Origin: Vicinamibacterales bacterium | GTDB lineage: Bacteria > Acidobacteriota > Vicinamibacteria > Vicinamibacterales > 2-12-FULL-66-21 | Direction: 5' to 3' | NCBI GenBank assembly: GCA_051986585.1 | Contig: JBPYFA010000297.1 | Location: 1 to 49,834, forward strand | DNA: 49,834 bases | Shown: piece by piece, positions 26,944 through 35,734 of the stretch | Layout of the letters: each line of letters starts with the position of its first letter | How positions within the stretch are numbered: position 1 is the stretch's first letter | Translations under genes and position numbers: made by a program | Notes under the pieces: generated by a model | What the model was told of the DNA's origin: nothing | Databases searched by the model: none | The model's input: only the letters and a program-made list of their open reading frames with translations

Positions 26944-27489
26944 GTGGACTCGTTGACTCAGATGGCGCCCGGTGACCCTTCGTTTCGGTTCTGCCCTGCA
27001 TGTGGCAGTGCTCTCGACGTCCGTCAATTGAAAGCGGGCGACCCGCTCCGGCCCGTCTGCCCGCGCTGTGGATACATCCACTATCTGGATCCGAAGGTCG
27101 CGGTTGGAACCGTGATCGAAATGCCAGATGAGCGGATCGTCCTCGTACGGCGAGCGATCGAGCCCGGCTATGGCTTGTGGGTGTTTCCAGGTGGCTACGT
27201 CGATCGCGGTGAGGAGGTTACCGTTGCAGCGAGACGCGAGGCCCGCGAGGAAGCGGGACTGGAAGTTCGCCTCGACGGCCTGATCAATATCTACTCGTAC
27301 CCCGGACGGCCTATCGTCGTGATCGTCTACAAGGCATCTGTGATCAGCGGGGAATTGCGGATCGATGAGGAGTCGCTCGAAGCGCGTCTGTTCTCACGAT
27401 CGGAGATTCCATGGGATCAGCTGGCGTTCCGCAGCACTCACGAAGCGCTCGAGGACTTTTACCGCGGCCTCGCCCATCCAATGCGCTGA
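26944..27489 (+). CDS. NUDIX hydrolase with an N-terminal CxxC...CxxC zinc ribbon. Start is GTG 26944 or ATG 26962.
   Basis: CPACG...CPRCG followed by the Nudix box GGYVDRGEEVTVAARREAREEAGLEV. Confidence 0.85.
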   Translation: MDSLTQMAPGDPSFRFCPACGSALDVRQLKAGDPLRPVCPRCGYIHYLDPKVAVGTVIEMPDERIVLVRRAIEPGYGLWVFPGGYVDRGEEVTVAARREAREEAGLEVRLDGLINIYSYPGRPIVVIVYKASVISGELRIDEESLEARLFSRSEIPWDQLAFRSTHEALEDFYRGLAHPMR

Positions 27490-27576
27490 TTTCGGATTTC
27501 GCTGTCGTCAGCCAAAAACAGCCGCATCTGGTTGAGCTCGGGCGCGAAACCCCGCCCGATCGCGCACGGATGAGGA

Positions 27577-27585
27577 TGGTATAAT
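27577..27585 (+). promoter_or_regulatory. Extended -10 promoter candidate TGgTATAAT
   Basis: Read directly. It lies about 110 nt upstream of ATG 27696, and the hairpin at 27636-27678 lies in the predicted leader. Confidence 0.4.
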
Positions 27586-27695
27586 TCTCGCTCTTCCGAC
27601 CCTGATTCTTGGGGCTCTTACGTCCGATAAGTACTCCGTGATTACCCTCCGTCTGTCCGAGGGGACTGCGAATCACGGTTCAGTGGATACCGCAA

Positions 27696-28151
27696 ATGAA
27701 GAACACTCTTCTCCTCGTGCTGTCTCTCGCCGCGGCAATCGCAAGTGGCTGCACCAGTCTGGAGCATAAAAGCTCACTCACCGATCCCTCGATCGCCGGC
27801 AACAACTCGCTGATCGGCAATTGGACCTCATCAACGCTGATTCCGACGCCGAGCACGTGCACCGACTTCAAGTGGAATGTCAGCGAGCAGACCCAATCAT
27901 CGATGAAGGGATCCTTCACTGCCACCTGCCCCGGCGACCTGAAGTTTACCGGCGTCGCTGAAGGATCAATGACGACGCCGACCAACATTCAATGGAAGGC
28001 AAACGGAAACGCAACCGCCCCTGGCTTGACGTCGTGCGCGATCTCGCTGACCGGAACGGCCACGCTCAGCACTGATTCGATCATCGTGCCCTACTCCGGC
28101 GACACGTGCCTCGGCAAGGTCAGTGGCATTGAAACGTTGAAGAAACATTGA
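27696..28151 (+). CDS. Small hypothetical lipoprotein (151 aa)
   Basis: Lipobox LAAAIASGC. Ser/Thr/Asn-rich with four further Cys. By eye it is less GC-rich than its neighbours. Confidence 0.7.
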   Translation: MKNTLLLVLSLAAAIASGCTSLEHKSSLTDPSIAGNNSLIGNWTSSTLIPTPSTCTDFKWNVSEQTQSSMKGSFTATCPGDLKFTGVAEGSMTTPTNIQWKANGNATAPGLTSCAISLTGTATLSTDSIIVPYSGDTCLGKVSGIETLKKH

Positions 28152-28154
28152 AAT

Positions 28155-28203
28155 TGCTGAATGCTGATTGCTGACTGAAAGTCGCCGCAATCAGCAATCA
28201 GCA
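28155..28203. terminator. 17-bp stem (16 of 17 paired) hairpin of TGCTGA/GATTGC motifs between convergent genes
   Basis: 28155-28171 (TGCTGAATGCTGATTGC) pairs with 28187-28203 (GCAATCAGCAATCAGCA). The right arm encodes the last codons (SADC*) of the MutT-like gene. Confidence 0.7.
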
Positions 28204-28607
28204 CTTACAGTAAGTTTCCTTATCAGCTCTGCATCCGCCGGCGGAAAAGGCAATTGCCGGAGTTCCTCTCGCGATACCCACCGTATCTCCTGACCAAGCA
28301 TCGGGCGCACGCCGCCGATTAACGTGCAGGCAAAGAAGTGCAGCTCGACCACACGGTCGGGATACGTGTGCGCGATCGAGAAGACTTCTGTGCCAACGAC
28401 GATCTCCGCATCGAGTTCCTCGCCCATCTCGCGCGACAGCGACGATGCGTGCGTCTCTCCTTCTTCGCACTTGCCCCCAGGAAACTCCCAGTAACCCTCG
28501 AGGTGTACGCCACCGGGACGGCGCGTGACGAGGAAGCGGCCGTTCTCTTCGACGACGGCTGCCGTCACGACGATTCTCGGCAGCGAGAGCGGCGACAAGT
28601 CGGTCAC
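28191..28607 (-). CDS. mutT: MutT-type NUDIX (deoxy)nucleoside-triphosphate pyrophosphohydrolase
   Basis: Intact Nudix box GGKCEEGETHASSLSREMGEELDAEI. GTG 28607 overlaps the upstream TGA (GTGA). Confidence 0.8.
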   Translation of the reverse strand: MTDLSPLSLPRIVVTAAVVEENGRFLVTRRPGGVHLEGYWEFPGGKCEEGETHASSLSREMGEELDAEIVVGTEVFSIAHTYPDRVVELHFFACTLIGGVRPMLGQEIRWVSREELRQLPFPPADAELIRKLTVSADC

Positions 28608-29308
28608 GGTCGATCGAAGGGAAACGCGGCACAACCGCTCCGCAAGGGACAGCTGCCGCATTGCGGCTTGCGCGCCGTGCACAGGGTCGCGCCGAAATCC
28701 ATCAGCGCCTGGTTGAAGTCGAAGACGTGCCGCCTTGGAAGCACCGTTCTGGAGATCTCCCAGAGGTGGCGCCGCATCGCGTGAGACTTTGGATCGCCGT
28801 CGCCGACAAAGACACGAAAAAGCACACGGGCGACGTTCGTGTCCAGGATCGCCGCGCGCTGGCCGAATGCAAAGCTCAGCACCGCCCCGGCGGTGTAGGC
28901 ACCAATGCCCTTAAACGAGCGCAACGTCTCCTCGTCGCCTGGAAGCTCGCCGCCATACCGCGTCACCGATTCGCGCGCGATGGCATGCAATCGCCGCGGC
29001 CAGATGTTGTAGCCGAGCGGCCGCCACGTCTCCGAAACCTCGTCCTCGGGCGCGGCGGCGAGAGCGCCGAGATTCGGATACTTCTCAATCCATTCGTGAT
29101 ATTTCGGAACGACTCGATCCACCTGTGTCTGCTGCAGCATGACTTCCGAGACCAGGATGCGATAGGGATCCCGCGTTTGCCGCCAGGGTAAATCGCGGCC
29201 GTTCCTTCGGTACCATTCGAGCAGCCGGCGCCGAAACCACTGTCGGCCGGCGGGCGGTGGAAGTGCGAAGCGTGCTTTTTGTGGGCGCTTGCGGGTGCTG
29301 GCGCCCAT
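28604..29308 (-). CDS. mutY: MutY-like adenine DNA glycosylase, catalytic HhH-GPD/[4Fe-4S] domain only (234 aa, no C-terminal Nudix-like domain)
   Basis: WYRRNGRDLPWRQTRDPYRILVSEVMLQQTQV, GIGAYTAGAVLSFAFGQRAAILDTNVARV, cluster loop CTARKPQCGSCPLRSGC. Confidence 0.85.
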   Translation of the reverse strand: MGASTRKRPQKARFALPPPAGRQWFRRRLLEWYRRNGRDLPWRQTRDPYRILVSEVMLQQTQVDRVVPKYHEWIEKYPNLGALAAAPEDEVSETWRPLGYNIWPRRLHAIARESVTRYGGELPGDEETLRSFKGIGAYTAGAVLSFAFGQRAAILDTNVARVLFRVFVGDGDPKSHAMRRHLWEISRTVLPRRHVFDFNQALMDFGATLCTARKPQCGSCPLRSGCAAFPFDRP

Positions 29309-29341
29309 TCAGGAATGCGCGACGGCGATCGATTGCATGTA

Positions 29342-29347
29342 CATAAT
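29342..29347 (+). promoter_or_regulatory. Candidate -10 box CATAAT exactly 6 nt upstream of GTG 29354
   Basis: The sequence reads TGTACATAATGAGAACGTG. Only 45 nt separate the divergent starts. Confidence 0.35.
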
Positions 29348-29353
29348 GAGAAC

Positions 29354-29893
29354 GTGAGAATCTACACCAGGACCGGCGATGATGGCGATACCGGTCTGTT
29401 CGATGGCACGCGCGTCTCGAAGAACCACCCGCGCGTGGCCGCGTACGGCGATGTCGATGAACTGAACGCGTGGCTCGGATTTGCCCGGGCGTCGATGAAC
29501 GATCCCGATCTTTCAGGAATGCTCGACCGGATTCAGCGCGATCTCTTCGCCGTCGGCGCGCGCCTGGCCGACCCCGCCCACCGGATAGCGGAACGTGTGA
29601 CCAAGGCCGCGGTCAGCGATGACGACGTTCGCCGGCTCGAAGCATGGATCGATCGGCTGGAGTCGGAACTGCCGCCGCTTCGCCGGTTCATTCTTCCTGG
29701 CGGCTCTACCGGCGGTGCGGCCCTGCACGTCGCGCGGACGATCTGCCGCCGTGCCGAGCGATCGGTCGTTTCGCTTGGCACCGACGCGGTCGAGCCCGGC
29801 GTCTTGATCTACATCAATCGGCTCTCCGATCTGCTCTTCGTCATGGGACGGGCCGCCAACCGGCGATCAGGGGCGGCTGAAGCCGAATGGTAA
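29354..29893 (+). CDS. PduO-type ATP:cob(I)alamin adenosyltransferase
   Basis: The VRIYTRTGDDGDTGL N-terminus is typical of the family. GTG 29354 is in frame, and the tracked longer start would overlap the mutY-like start. Confidence 0.85.
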   Translation: MRIYTRTGDDGDTGLFDGTRVSKNHPRVAAYGDVDELNAWLGFARASMNDPDLSGMLDRIQRDLFAVGARLADPAHRIAERVTKAAVSDDDVRRLEAWIDRLESELPPLRRFILPGGSTGGAALHVARTICRRAERSVVSLGTDAVEPGVLIYINRLSDLLFVMGRAANRRSGAAEAEW

Positions 29894-30801
29894 GCGCGCC
29901 GGTTCCATCGGGATCCGGCAGTAACCTCGACGCCGCGTACAGATACTGCGAGCGGATCGCGCGCGAGCATTACGAAAACTTTCCCGTCGCCTCGACCCTG
30001 CTTCCCGCACCGATGCGGCCGCACATTGCTGCGATCTACGCGTTCGCGCGGCGCGCCGACGACTTCGCCGACGAGCCTGGGCCCGACGCTGCCGAACGCG
30101 TCCGACTTCTCGACGAGTGGGGCGCCCGGCTCGATCGTGCGGTTCCTGCCGGATACGACCCCACTATCCCTAATGATGATTTGATCTTCATCGCGCTCGA
30201 GCACACGATACGCACGCACCGGTTGCCGCGCTCGTTGTTTCACGATCTCCTGAGCGCATTCCGGCAGGACGTGGTGACGACCCGCTATGGCACATGGCGC
30301 GAGGTACTGGATTATTGCCGACGGTCGGCGAACCCGGTCGGCCGGCTCGTCCTCCGCGTCGCCGGATACGACGATGCGACGCTCGATGCACAGTCCGACG
30401 CGGTGTGCACGGCGCTCCAGCTTACGAACTTCTGGCAGGATCTCGCCATCGACTGGGGCCGCGGGCGTTTGTACCTGCCGGCTGAGGAGCTGACGAGCGC
30501 CTTCGCGCGCGAGTCGGACCTCGATCGCGGCGAACTCACACCTGAGTGGCGCACGGCGCTGCAGGCAGCCGTCCGCAAGACGCGTGAGCTCTTCGACATC
30601 GGGCGTCCAGTGTGCGACGCAGTGAAGGGCCGGCTTCGGTGGGAGCTTCGCTTCACCTGGCTCGGCGGCATGCACATACTCGAGAACATCGAAGCCGCAG
30701 GATTCGACATGCTTCATCATCGTCCAACACTCGGCCCGAGGGACGCGCCACTACTCTGCTGGCGGGCACTGCAATGGAGAAAGGCTGAGGCCGCGCGCTG
30801 A
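29887..30801 (+). CDS. hpnC: Squalene synthase HpnC (hydroxysqualene synthase; squalene/phytoene synthase family)
   Basis: YRYCERIAREHYENFPVAS, AFARRADDFADE, NFWQDLAID. ATGGTAA overlap with the upstream stop. Confidence 0.85.
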   Translation: MVSAPVPSGSGSNLDAAYRYCERIAREHYENFPVASTLLPAPMRPHIAAIYAFARRADDFADEPGPDAAERVRLLDEWGARLDRAVPAGYDPTIPNDDLIFIALEHTIRTHRLPRSLFHDLLSAFRQDVVTTRYGTWREVLDYCRRSANPVGRLVLRVAGYDDATLDAQSDAVCTALQLTNFWQDLAIDWGRGRLYLPAEELTSAFARESDLDRGELTPEWRTALQAAVRKTRELFDIGRPVCDAVKGRLRWELRFTWLGGMHILENIEAAGFDMLHHRPTLGPRDAPLLCWRALQWRKAEAAR

Positions 30802-30802
30802 C

Positions 30803-31639
30803 ATGGCCCGCGACACGAACTTCTACTATTCGTTCCTGGTCCTCCCAGCCGAGAAGCGGCGAGCGATCGTAGCGGTGTGGGACTTCTGCCGCGCCGTGGA
30901 TGATGCGGTGGACTATGCAGGGACAGGAGAGAGTGCTCGATCGCAGGTGGAACGATGGCGAGCTGAACTCGCAGTGGTTTTCAACGGCGGGACACCAGCG
31001 ACGCCGCAGGGGCGTGCCCTCGCTCCATTCGTGCAGCAGTTCAATCTCCCTCGTTCTGCCTTTGAAGCGCTCATCGAGGGTGTTGAAATGGATCTCGGGT
31101 CCCGACGCTATGAAACGTTCGATGAGCTCTATCAGTACTGCATTCGAGTCGCGTCGGCGGTCGGCCTGATCTGCGTGGAGATCTTCGGATATGCCGACCC
31201 GCGCTCGCGCCACTACGCGACCGACCTCGGGGTTGCGCTTCAGTTGACCAACATCCTCCGGGATGTGCCGGAAGACCTCTCGCGCGGACGCGTCTACATT
31301 CCACAGGAGGATCTGCGCGCGCACCGCTGCTCCGAGGCGGATCTCGAGCGGGAGCGCGCCGCCGCAGGTCATGGTGTAAGGTCGCCCAACGTAAAGGCGC
31401 TGCTTCGTCAACAGGCGGAGCGTGCCCGAAGCTACTACGCGAAGGCGGCCGCCGAGCTGCCGGCGGCGGATAGACGCCGGCTTTCGGCCGCGGAGATCAT
31501 GGGCGCGATTTACCGCGCCATTCTGAGGCGTATCGAACGCGCCGACTACGATGTCTTTTCCCGCGTCGTGCGGATTCCCCGGCCCCAGCGCGCCGTCATC
31601 GCCGCCATCACGTGGGCACGCACAACGCTCGGCGCGTGA
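30803..31639 (+). CDS. hpnD: Presqualene diphosphate synthase HpnD
   Basis: NFYYSFLVLPAEKRRAIVAVWDFCRAVDDAVD, NILRDVPEDL. Confidence 0.85.
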   Translation: MARDTNFYYSFLVLPAEKRRAIVAVWDFCRAVDDAVDYAGTGESARSQVERWRAELAVVFNGGTPATPQGRALAPFVQQFNLPRSAFEALIEGVEMDLGSRRYETFDELYQYCIRVASAVGLICVEIFGYADPRSRHYATDLGVALQLTNILRDVPEDLSRGRVYIPQEDLRAHRCSEADLERERAAAGHGVRSPNVKALLRQQAERARSYYAKAAAELPAADRRRLSAAEIMGAIYRAILRRIERADYDVFSRVVRIPRPQRAVIAAITWARTTLGA

Positions 31640-33018
31640 TGGCCGCGGATAAACCACCCACTTCGCAGTCTGATCCTTCCGATCCCGTCGTGATCGTCGG
31701 CGGCGGGTTCGCCGGGCTCAGTGCCGCGGCGGTGCTCGCAGAACGGGGGCAACGTGTGCTCGTCGCGGATGCGAGGGCCCGGCTCGGCGGGCGTGCAACA
31801 GCGTTTCGCGACCGCGAAACGGGCGAACTCGTCGACAACGGGCAACACGTCCTTTTCGGCTGCTATCGCGCCACGTTTGAGTTTCTTGGACGAGTGGGTG
31901 CGCTCGATCGCGTCCACGTGCAGCCCTCGCTCGCCATCCCATTTGTCGATCGAAATGGACGCCGATCGCTGCTGCGATGCCCGAAGCTTCCCTCACCATT
32001 CCACTTGCTTGGCGGCGTGCTGAGTTGGGACGCATTGCCATGGCGTGAGAGGCTCTCGGTGCTCAGACTGGCCGCCCCACTACGCCGGGCCCGCGCAGAG
32101 TTGAAGCAGACCGGCGCCGTTTCGGCCAATCCAGCAGGGACCGTCACGGAATGGCTCACGGCCCATGGTCAACATGGACGGCTGCGAAGCTGGTTGTGGG
32201 AACCGCTCGCCGTTGCCGCACTCAATCAATCGCCGGCGGTCGCTTCCGCATCTCCTTTCATCCGCGTCCTGGCGGAGATGTTCGGGCCGGACCCGCGGGA
32301 CTCAGCGCTCGTCCTGCCGACGAGACCGCTGCACGAAATGTATGCGGAGCCGGCGCGCAGTTTCATTGAACAACGAGGCGGCGAGGTGCGCGTGAATGCG
32401 CTCGCGAGAGTCGCGGTTGAAAGCGGACGCGTGAGCGGTGTGGACATTCGGGGCGAGCGGATCGCGACAAGTCGCGTGATCGCCGCGGTACCGTGGTTCG
32501 ATCTCGCGCGGCTTTTCGTGGCGCCCCCCACTCAGCTCGCCGGAGTACTGGCCTCGGCGAACGCGATGGAATCAATGCCGATCGTCACGGTCAATCTCTG
32601 GTACGACCAAGTCCTCATGGACGAACCATTCGTGGGGCTGCCGGGACGCGACATGCAGTGGGTCTTTGACAAGCGAATCGCGTTCGGCGGCAAGGCTTCG
32701 CACCTGTCGCTGGTGTCGAGCGGGGCCACCGCGCTGACGTCGATGAGCCGCGAGCAGTTGACCGCTCTCGCGGCGCGCGAAGTCGAGGAGGCGATGCCGG
32801 CCGCCCGGCACAGCCGGCTGCTGCGCGCCACTGTGGTCAGAGAAAAGAATGCGACCTTCTCGCTGGCGCCGGATCAGCCGCCACGCCCGCCGACCCGAAC
32901 TGCCATTCAAGGACTTTACCTCGCCGGCGATTGGCTCGACACCGGACTCCCAGGCACAATCGAAAGCGCCGTCGTCAGCGGACACACAGCCGCACAAGAA
33001 TTGCTGAGTGGCGATTGA
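31639..33018 (+). CDS. hpnE: Hydroxysqualene dehydroxylase HpnE (FAD-dependent amine-oxidase-like)
   Basis: VVIVGGGFAGLSAAAVLAERGQRVLVADARARLGGRA. ATG 31639 overlaps the hpnD TGA. Confidence 0.85.
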   Translation: MAADKPPTSQSDPSDPVVIVGGGFAGLSAAAVLAERGQRVLVADARARLGGRATAFRDRETGELVDNGQHVLFGCYRATFEFLGRVGALDRVHVQPSLAIPFVDRNGRRSLLRCPKLPSPFHLLGGVLSWDALPWRERLSVLRLAAPLRRARAELKQTGAVSANPAGTVTEWLTAHGQHGRLRSWLWEPLAVAALNQSPAVASASPFIRVLAEMFGPDPRDSALVLPTRPLHEMYAEPARSFIEQRGGEVRVNALARVAVESGRVSGVDIRGERIATSRVIAAVPWFDLARLFVAPPTQLAGVLASANAMESMPIVTVNLWYDQVLMDEPFVGLPGRDMQWVFDKRIAFGGKASHLSLVSSGATALTSMSREQLTALAAREVEEAMPAARHSRLLRATVVREKNATFSLAPDQPPRPPTRTAIQGLYLAGDWLDTGLPGTIESAVVSGHTAAQELLSGD

Positions 33019-33264
33019 TGACTGCGGATTTCCGGATTGGCGATTGCGGATTGAGATTGACGATTGCGCATTGAGATTGACGATTGCGGATTGAAATTGA
33101 CGATTGACGATTGAAATTGACGATTGCTGATTGTTCGATGCACGATCAATCAACAGTCGGCAATCCCAATCAACAATCGACAATCCCAATCAACAATCGG
33201 CAATCCCAATCAGCAGTCTGCAATCACGAAATCCGCAATCGACAATCCGCATTCAGCAATTGAC
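33013..33264. repeat. About 250-nt imperfect palindrome. The left arm is a 20-nt tandem GATTGCGGATTGAGATTGAC (units at 33042, 33062, 33082, 33102, plus a partial unit). The right arm is a 20-nt CAATCCCAATCAACAATCGR tandem.
   Basis: GATTG pentamers at 7+6+7 spacing on the left face CAATC pentamers at the same spacing on the right, about 15 of 20 complementary per unit. The element fills the whole hpnE-thiI spacer. Confidence 0.85.
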
Positions 33265-34443
33265 ATGAATTCGATAGTGGTTCATTACCAGGAGATCGCC
33301 CTCAAGGGTAATAACCGCCCGTGGTTCATCGCGCGGCTGGCGCGCAATCTGCGGGGGGCGACGGCGGATGTCGGCGTCCGAGAGGTCCGCGTGCTGATGG
33401 GGCGAATCGAGCTTGTGCTCGAAGGCAGCGCCGAGTGGCCGGTTGTTCGGGAACGATTGCAGCGCGTCTTCGGGGTGGCAAATTTCGCGAAAGCGGGGCG
33501 CGCGCCGCTCGATGTTGACGCCATCGCCGCGGCGGTTCTGGCGGATCTCAATGGATTACCGGATCCGCGCACCTTTAGAGTCTCCGCCCGCCGCGCCGAC
33601 AAGCGATTCCCGCTCACGTCGCCGCAGATCGAGCGTGAAGTCGGCGGACGGATCAAGGAGGCGAGGGGATGGACGGTCAACCTTGATCATCCGGAATTGA
33701 CCATTCATGTCGAAGCGCTGACCAACGATGCGTTCTACTACTTCGGGAAGGAGTTGGGAGCCGGAGGCATGCCGGTCGGGGTGAGCGGGCGCGTCGCGTG
33801 CCTGTTGTCTGGAGGCATCGACTCTCCGGTTGCCGCCTGGCGGTTGATGCGACGCGGCTGTCGCGCGCTGCTCGTGCACTTTCACAGCTATCCGATTCTC
33901 TCGCGCGCTTCGCAGGAGAAGGCGCGCGAGCTGGCGCGCCTGCTGGCGCGGTATCAATTCCACTCGCGGCTGTTTCTCGTGCCGTTTGGAGAAATCCAGC
34001 AGCAGGTCACGCTCAGTGTGCCGCCGCCGATGCGCGTCGTGATCTACCGACGGCTGATGATGAGAATCGCCGAGCGCATCGGCCAGGCACATCGGGCACA
34101 GGCGCTCGTCACCGGCGAGGTGGTTGGCCAGGTTGCGTCGCAGACACTGGAGAATCTCGCGTCAATCAACAGCGTGGTGACAATGCCCGTGCTGCGGCCG
34201 TTGATCGGCCTGGACAAGGACGAGATCACGGCGGAAGCACAACGGCTCGGCACTTATCCGATCTCGATCATCCCCGATCAGGACTGTTGCACGCTGTTTA
34301 CGCCGCGACATCCCGCGACCAAGGCACGCAGCCGCGACGTCGAGGCCGCGGAGGCGACGCTGCCCGTCGCCCAGATCGTCGAGCAAGCGGCTGCAGCTGC
34401 CGTCGTGGAGGACTTCGTGTTCCCACAACCGAGCCGCGAATAA
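33265..34443 (+). CDS. thiI: tRNA 4-thiouridine(8) synthase ThiI
   Basis: MNSIVVHYQEIALKGNNR, a THUMP-like middle region, and the PP-loop LLSGGIDSPVAAW. Confidence 0.9.
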   Translation: MNSIVVHYQEIALKGNNRPWFIARLARNLRGATADVGVREVRVLMGRIELVLEGSAEWPVVRERLQRVFGVANFAKAGRAPLDVDAIAAAVLADLNGLPDPRTFRVSARRADKRFPLTSPQIEREVGGRIKEARGWTVNLDHPELTIHVEALTNDAFYYFGKELGAGGMPVGVSGRVACLLSGGIDSPVAAWRLMRRGCRALLVHFHSYPILSRASQEKARELARLLARYQFHSRLFLVPFGEIQQQVTLSVPPPMRVVIYRRLMMRIAERIGQAHRAQALVTGEVVGQVASQTLENLASINSVVTMPVLRPLIGLDKDEITAEAQRLGTYPISIIPDQDCCTLFTPRHPATKARSRDVEAAEATLPVAQIVEQAAAAAVVEDFVFPQPSRE

Positions 34444-34621
34444 TAGCGCCCGGGAGCTGAATGTCGGTCGGTCGTTGAGGCGCCACGTCCGGCGCGGCGT
34501 TCTCGACACGACGCCACGAAAGCCGAGAACACGCGAAGCCGCTGATGAACACGGACACAACTGATCGATGTAAAATGAGGGTTTCATCTGCGACGCAGAA
34601 TTGCTTCGGGAGACAGCGAAC

Positions 34622-35629
34622 GTGAAAATCACAGCGGGCAAGCTTGCGGGAATGAAGGCGGTATCGAACGATCGCGGCGTGATTGCGGCAGCAGCGATGG
34701 ATCAGCGCGGCTCGCTGAAGAAATCGCTCGCCAAGGAGAAAGGGGCCGATGTCAGCGATCAGGAGATGGAGGAGTTCAAGACTCTCGTCACCGAAGTGCT
34801 GACCAAGCACGCGAGCGCGATTCTGCTCGATCCGGAATGGGGGCTGCCGGCGAGCAAGCGCCGAGCCGCAGGATCGGGTCTCCTTCTCGCCTACGAGAAG
34901 ACCGGCTACGACGCGAATACGCCCGGCCGGCTTCCCGATTTGCTGGACGACTGGTCGGTTCGACGTCTCAAGGAAGCCGGCGCCGACTGCTTGAAGATTC
35001 TTCTGTACTACACGCCGTTCGATCCGGCTCCGATCAACAACCACAAGCAGGCGTGGGTCGAGCGGATTGGAGACGAGTGCCGGGCCAACGACATTCCCTT
35101 CTTCCTCGAATTCGTCGGCTACGAAGAGGGGGCCGATGAAAAGGGCCTCGCCTATGCGAAGAAGAAACCTGAAATCGTCATCGGCGCGATGAAGGAGTTC
35201 ACCAAGGATCGCTACGGAGTCGACGTGATGAAAGTCGAGGTCCCGGTGAACATGAAGTTCGTCGAGGGCGCAAAGGTCTCGAGCGGACAGCACGCATACT
35301 CGAAGAAAGAAGCGATGGAGCACTTCCGACGGGCGGCCGAAGTCTCGACCAAGCCGTTCATTTATTTGTCCGCTGGCGTGAGCAATCCTGAGTTTACGGA
35401 GGCGCTCGAGCTCGCGGCCGAAGCAGGGACGAAGTTCTCCGGCGTGCTCTGCGGCCGCGCGACCTGGAAGGACGGCATCGCGGTCTACGGAAAGCAAGGC
35501 GGCGCGGCATTTCGAAAGTGGCTCGAGGACGAAGGCGTGAAGAACATTCAGAACGTCAACAATCGTCTGAAGGCAGCCCACCCCTGGTACGAGTTCTACG
35601 GCGCAAAGTCGGCGGAAGCGTTGGCATAA
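34622..35629 (+). CDS. lacD: Class I tagatose-1,6-bisphosphate aldolase family (LacD-like). The start may be TTG 34601.
   Basis: Very LacD-like throughout: AMDQRGSLKK, ILLDPEWGLPAS, LLLAYEKTGYD, VMKVEVPVNMKFVEG, IYLSAGVS, GVLCGRATW. Confidence 0.85.
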   Translation: MKITAGKLAGMKAVSNDRGVIAAAAMDQRGSLKKSLAKEKGADVSDQEMEEFKTLVTEVLTKHASAILLDPEWGLPASKRRAAGSGLLLAYEKTGYDANTPGRLPDLLDDWSVRRLKEAGADCLKILLYYTPFDPAPINNHKQAWVERIGDECRANDIPFFLEFVGYEEGADEKGLAYAKKKPEIVIGAMKEFTKDRYGVDVMKVEVPVNMKFVEGAKVSSGQHAYSKKEAMEHFRRAAEVSTKPFIYLSAGVSNPEFTEALELAAEAGTKFSGVLCGRATWKDGIAVYGKQGGAAFRKWLEDEGVKNIQNVNNRLKAAHPWYEFYGAKSAEALA

Positions 35630-35689
35630 GCAGTCAGACTTCGCTTGACGATCACGGCGAAGTCGGTCTCGCCGAAGCGGTGGCGCATT

Positions 35690-35734
35690 CCAGTTTCCAG
35701 TTTCCGGTAAGTCTTACCGGGGACTGGCAACTGG
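35690..35734. terminator. 22-bp stem (19 of 22 paired) hairpin of CCAGTTTCC/GGAAACTGG motifs between convergent genes
   Basis: 35690-35711 pairs with 35713-35734. The right arm contains the stop and last codons of the antiporter. An 8-bp hairpin GACTTCGC/GCGAAGTC lies at 35636-35663. Confidence 0.7.

Noticed and set aside
27600-27690. Possible tRNA or known riboswitch in the 206-nt spacer
   Set aside because: There is no acceptor-stem complementarity, no GTTCGAATC-type T-loop and no motif I recognise. It is kept only as an unclassified structured leader.
28191-28682. The MutT-like ORF as the frameshifted C-terminal domain of MutY
   Set aside because: It keeps a complete catalytic Nudix box, which MutY C-terminal domains lack. 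It also has its own GTG start overlapping the upstream stop.
34571-34599. TAAAAT (34571-34576) and the 13-nt palindrome TCTGCGACGCAGA (34587-34599) upstream of the aldolase as a promoter/operator
   Set aside because: This is plausible but weak. It is a single short palindrome with no recognisable -35 and no cognate regulator nearby, which is not enough to report as a feature.
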